Shown: one piece after another, positions 35,646 to 38,480 of the stretch
Position numbering within the stretch: the first letter of the stretch is position 1
How the letters are laid out: every line of letters begins with the position of its first letter
Virus record (IMG/VR): IMGVR_UViG_3300032216_000506
Coordinates: 1 to 38,480 of that record
Reading direction: 5' to 3' (one strand)
DNA from: a virus
Lineage: Duplodnaviria; Caudoviricetes
DNA: 38,480 nt
The notes under the pieces: model-generated
The model's database searches: none
The model's input: the letters and a program-made list of their open reading frames with translations, nothing else
What the model was told of the DNA's origin: nothing
Program-made: the position numbers and the translations under genes

Positions 35646-36824
35646 ATGGCAGTATCATATAATCCGCTTACAGGACTTTCATACAATCCTAATGAAGCCC
35701 TTTCAGAAGTACCGGCAACTTTTAGTCCTGGTAATTTCCGTAAAGCAGAAGAAGCATCTAATCAACCTTTCTATGAAGCAAACCCTGGATATGTAGAAGA
35801 GTTAATGCGTGGCCCAGTAGAACCTAGCGGACCTACTGGCCCAACAGGTCCTACCAACCCTACAGGTCCTACTGGCCCTACAGGCACAGGTCCAACTCTT
35901 GGTGACCTTCTTCTTAAACAACAGTTGCAAGCGCAAGAAGATGCAAAACTTCAAGAGCGTCAGTCTGCTTATGACCTTCTCTATAACGAGTTTAATAAAT
36001 ATGGACTAGGTAGTTTGGTAGAAGGTATTAAAGGTTTGATTCAATCAAACGTATCACCTTCTCAATTTGCGATTGAACTACAAAATACAGATGCGTATAA
36101 AAAACGTTTTGCTGCAAACCAAGACCGCATTAAGTCAGGACTTCGCGCACTTACTCCAGCAGAATATATTGGACTTGAAGACCAGTACCAAAATGTTATG
36201 CGTAACTATGGACTTCCAAATTCTTATTACACACCAGATTCTACTGGTACACAATCAGGATTCCAAAAACTTCTTGCTAGTGATGTATCAGCATCTGAAC
36301 TAGAAGACCGTATTGCTACAGCACAGCAAAGAGTTATTAACTCTAATCCAGAAGTTCTCAAGGCGCTACGTCAGTTCTATCCTGATATTAACAATGCAGA
36401 TATCCTTGCTTATACACTTGATCCTAAGAATGGCCTTGACAACATTCACCGCAAGGTAACAGCAGCAGAAATTGGTGGCGCAGCCCTTGCCCAAGGCCTA
36501 CAGGCTAATGGAGGTACTGCAGAATCTTTAGCAGGACAAGGCATTACTAAGGCTCAAGCACAACAGGGTTATGCAAATGTGGCTGAGATGGTGCCACGTG
36601 GTTCACAACTTGCTGATATTTATGGTCAGACACCATACACACAGGGAACAGCAGAAGCAGAAGTATTTAATACTGCAGGCTCAGCAGCAGCAACTGCTAA
36701 GCGCAAGAAGTTAACATCACTTGAGACTGCACAGTTCAGTGGTTCATCAGGTGTCGGCTCACTTAACCGTGACCGCCCAGTATCAAACTATATGTTAGGA
36801 CAGCCAGGAGCTGGTTCCTACTAA
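35646..36824 (+). CDS. Putative internal virion/ejection protein with GPT linker
   Basis: 392 aa, Ala/Gln-rich; GPT repeat at 35829-35897. Confidence 0.55.
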   Translation: MAVSYNPLTGLSYNPNEALSEVPATFSPGNFRKAEEASNQPFYEANPGYVEELMRGPVEPSGPTGPTGPTNPTGPTGPTGTGPTLGDLLLKQQLQAQEDAKLQERQSAYDLLYNEFNKYGLGSLVEGIKGLIQSNVSPSQFAIELQNTDAYKKRFAANQDRIKSGLRALTPAEYIGLEDQYQNVMRNYGLPNSYYTPDSTGTQSGFQKLLASDVSASELEDRIATAQQRVINSNPEVLKALRQFYPDINNADILAYTLDPKNGLDNIHRKVTAAEIGGAALAQGLQANGGTAESLAGQGITKAQAQQGYANVAEMVPRGSQLADIYGQTPYTQGTAEAEVFNTAGSAAATAKRKKLTSLETAQFSGSSGVGSLNRDRPVSNYMLGQPGAGSY

Positions 36825-36834
36825 TTAAAGCCTG

Positions 36835-36919
36835 CCAACGAGACGACTGGTGCGTTGGAGTGTAGTAAATCCAGTAGTGGAAGCCATATGGGTAATCCCC
36901 AGAACCATATGAGGTCCGC
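36835..36919 (+). ncRNA. Candidate cis-acting structured RNA (H-type pseudoknot + hairpin)
   Basis: ccaacg/cgttgg stem; loop actgg pairs with ccagt; gtgga/tccgc and catatgg/ccatatg hairpin. Confidence 0.55.
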
Positions 36920-36946
36920 GATTAACTAATGAATGGGAGATGGACT

Positions 36947-37417
36947 ATGTCCAATTTCGAGTATGAGGATGACGAAGACGATATCACTACAAGTGATACA
37001 TCAAATGATCTCGTCAAACAGTTGCGTAAAGCAAATAAGCAAAAGGAAAAAGAACTCGCTGACCTTAAAGTTCAGTTCGAGGGACTTTCAAAAGCGCAGA
37101 GAGAACGAGCCATTAAGGACGTCCTTGAATCTCGCGGAGTAAATGGCAAGATTGCTAAATTTATTCCATCGGACTTAGACCCAACTGAGGAGTCTTTGTC
37201 TAAGTGGCTAGACGATAACGGAGACGTTTTCGGTTTTACAGCCACTGATTCCAACCAGCCTGTCGTCGATCCAGCCCAAGCTGCAGCGTACAAGAAGATG
37301 AATAATGTTACAGATCAGGGTTTAACTCCTGATTCACACGATGACATTATGCGTCGCCTTATGTCTGCTAACAGCAAGGAAGAACTGGACGAAGTAATTA
37401 GACAGTCTGGACTCTAA
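36947..37417 (+). CDS. Capsid scaffolding protein
   Basis: Acidic N-terminus and coiled coil, directly before the capsid; GGGAGA RBS before ATG 36947. Confidence 0.8.
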   Translation: MSNFEYEDDEDDITTSDTSNDLVKQLRKANKQKEKELADLKVQFEGLSKAQRERAIKDVLESRGVNGKIAKFIPSDLDPTEESLSKWLDDNGDVFGFTATDSNQPVVDPAQAAAYKKMNNVTDQGLTPDSHDDIMRRLMSANSKEELDEVIRQSGL

Positions 37418-37442
37418 CCAACTAACCGAAAGGCAAACCTAA

Positions 37443-38372
37443 ATGGCAATTCCAACAGGTACGCTTACCGGCACATCCGCAATTAGCAACCTAGTCCAAA
37501 CAGCGTACGATCAGTACGTTCGTATGGCACTTCGTAGCATTCCAGTAATGCGCGCTCTTGCAGATGTCAAGCCAGTACAGCAAGCAATGCCAGGTTCATC
37601 AGTTGTATTCTCAATCTATTCAGACCTAGCTCAGGCTACTTCTACATTGACAGAATCTTCAGATGTATCTTCTATTGCTCTTGGTAATCCAAACCAGATT
37701 ACCGTTACACTGAACGAATACGGTTCAGCAGTAACAACAACAAAGAAGTTGAACCTCACTTCTTTCAACGATGTTGATACAGCACTCGCTGACATCATCG
37801 CTTACAACGCTGCAGACTCTATTGATGCTGTAGTTGCTTCAGTTCTTACATCAGGCACTAACATTGTCTACGCAGGAACAGCAACATCAACGAACACAAT
37901 TACTTCAGCAATGAAGATTTCTGTTCAGGACATCCGTGAGGCTGTTACAGAACTTCGCACAAACAAGGCTTTGCCTCGTATTGGTGAACTCTACGCAGCT
38001 TACCTACACCCACGTCAGACAGCCGACCTCCGTGCTGAAACTGGTACAGGTGGATTCCAGGCTCTCACACAGTACGTTGACCGCACACCATTCGTGGCTG
38101 GTGCAGTTGGCGTAATCGAAGGTGCGTTCGTAGTTGAAACACCTCGTGTGCCTTACGCTGCTAACTCAGGATCAGTCAACGTCTATAAGGCGGTTATTGC
38201 TGGTCGTGAAGCACTTGCAGAAGCTCAGGGACAGGACATCTCAACAGTTGTCGGTCCACAGATTGACGCACTCCGTCGTTACCACACCATCGGTTGGTAC
38301 TACTTCGGTGGCTTCAACATCCTTCGTACAGCGGCTCTTTACCAGATCCAGTCTGCTGCGACAAACGGATAA
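37443..38372 (+). CDS. Major capsid protein
   Basis: 309 aa after the scaffold; GAAAGG RBS; TLNEYG, HPRQTADLR and GVIEG.FVVET motifs. Confidence 0.9.
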   Translation: MAIPTGTLTGTSAISNLVQTAYDQYVRMALRSIPVMRALADVKPVQQAMPGSSVVFSIYSDLAQATSTLTESSDVSSIALGNPNQITVTLNEYGSAVTTTKKLNLTSFNDVDTALADIIAYNAADSIDAVVASVLTSGTNIVYAGTATSTNTITSAMKISVQDIREAVTELRTNKALPRIGELYAAYLHPRQTADLRAETGTGGFQALTQYVDRTPFVAGAVGVIEGAFVVETPRVPYAANSGSVNVYKAVIAGREALAEAQGQDISTVVGPQIDALRRYHTIGWYYFGGFNILRTAALYQIQSAATNG

Positions 38373-38480
38373 TCAACTTTAGTTGATTGACGGGTGGGGC
38401 TAGGGCAACCTAGCCTCATCAGTAAGTTCACTAAGGAGAACTAATGGCATACACGGCAACAACACCTTGGGAGTACCAAA
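38358..38480. repeat. Terminal direct repeat copy 2
   Basis: Identical to 1-123. Confidence 0.95.

Noticed and set aside
36835-36919. Pistol or HDV-like ribozyme assignment
   Set aside because: Topology is superficially similar, but I could not place the conserved catalytic-core nucleotides or the additional helices; left unassigned.
38340-38400. Capsid C-terminal extension by frameshift or readthrough
   Set aside because: All three frames hit a stop within about 20 nt of the capsid TAA.

Overview
The window is almost certainly one complete, circularly permuted lytic phage genome of about 38,357 bp: bases 1-123 repeat exactly at 38358-38480. The architecture is podovirus-like. WhiB, an actinobacterial-type SLT protein, TANNNT/leaderless promoters and moderate GC point to an actinobacterial host, plausibly a low-GC freshwater lineage (inference). 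There are three main blocks. (1) A late + strand block running 24676 to the end and on through 1-12439: HTH-fused terminase, portal, three ejection-like proteins, scaffold, major capsid, small basic proteins, collagen fibre with glycosyltransferase, tail proteins, CHAP endolysin and holin. (2) A middle + strand block at 13287-20249: proteasome-beta/HslV-like Thr protease, Cas4-like nuclease, WhiB, DnaB-like helicase, resolvase, split primase, sigma-like factor and methyltransferase. (3) An early - strand block at 23825 down to 20316: many microproteins, a truncated beta-clamp and a lytic transglycosylase. No DNA polymerase, integrase, tRNA or CRISPR array was seen. The strongest unexplained signal is a possible RNA-level control system for the early operon. 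It consists of a ~70-nt minus-strand sRNA candidate with its own extended -10, whose loop is complementary to several early-gene ribosome-binding sites, plus three related long hairpins (two with compensatory stem changes) between early genes. Other highlights are a pseudoknot upstream of scaffold/capsid, a GACAC-box leaderless promoter, a CRP-like site and switchable leader before the terminase, a triple gene overlap, and apparent genome-wide absence of CATG. All calls come from reading by eye; no searches or folding programs were run.
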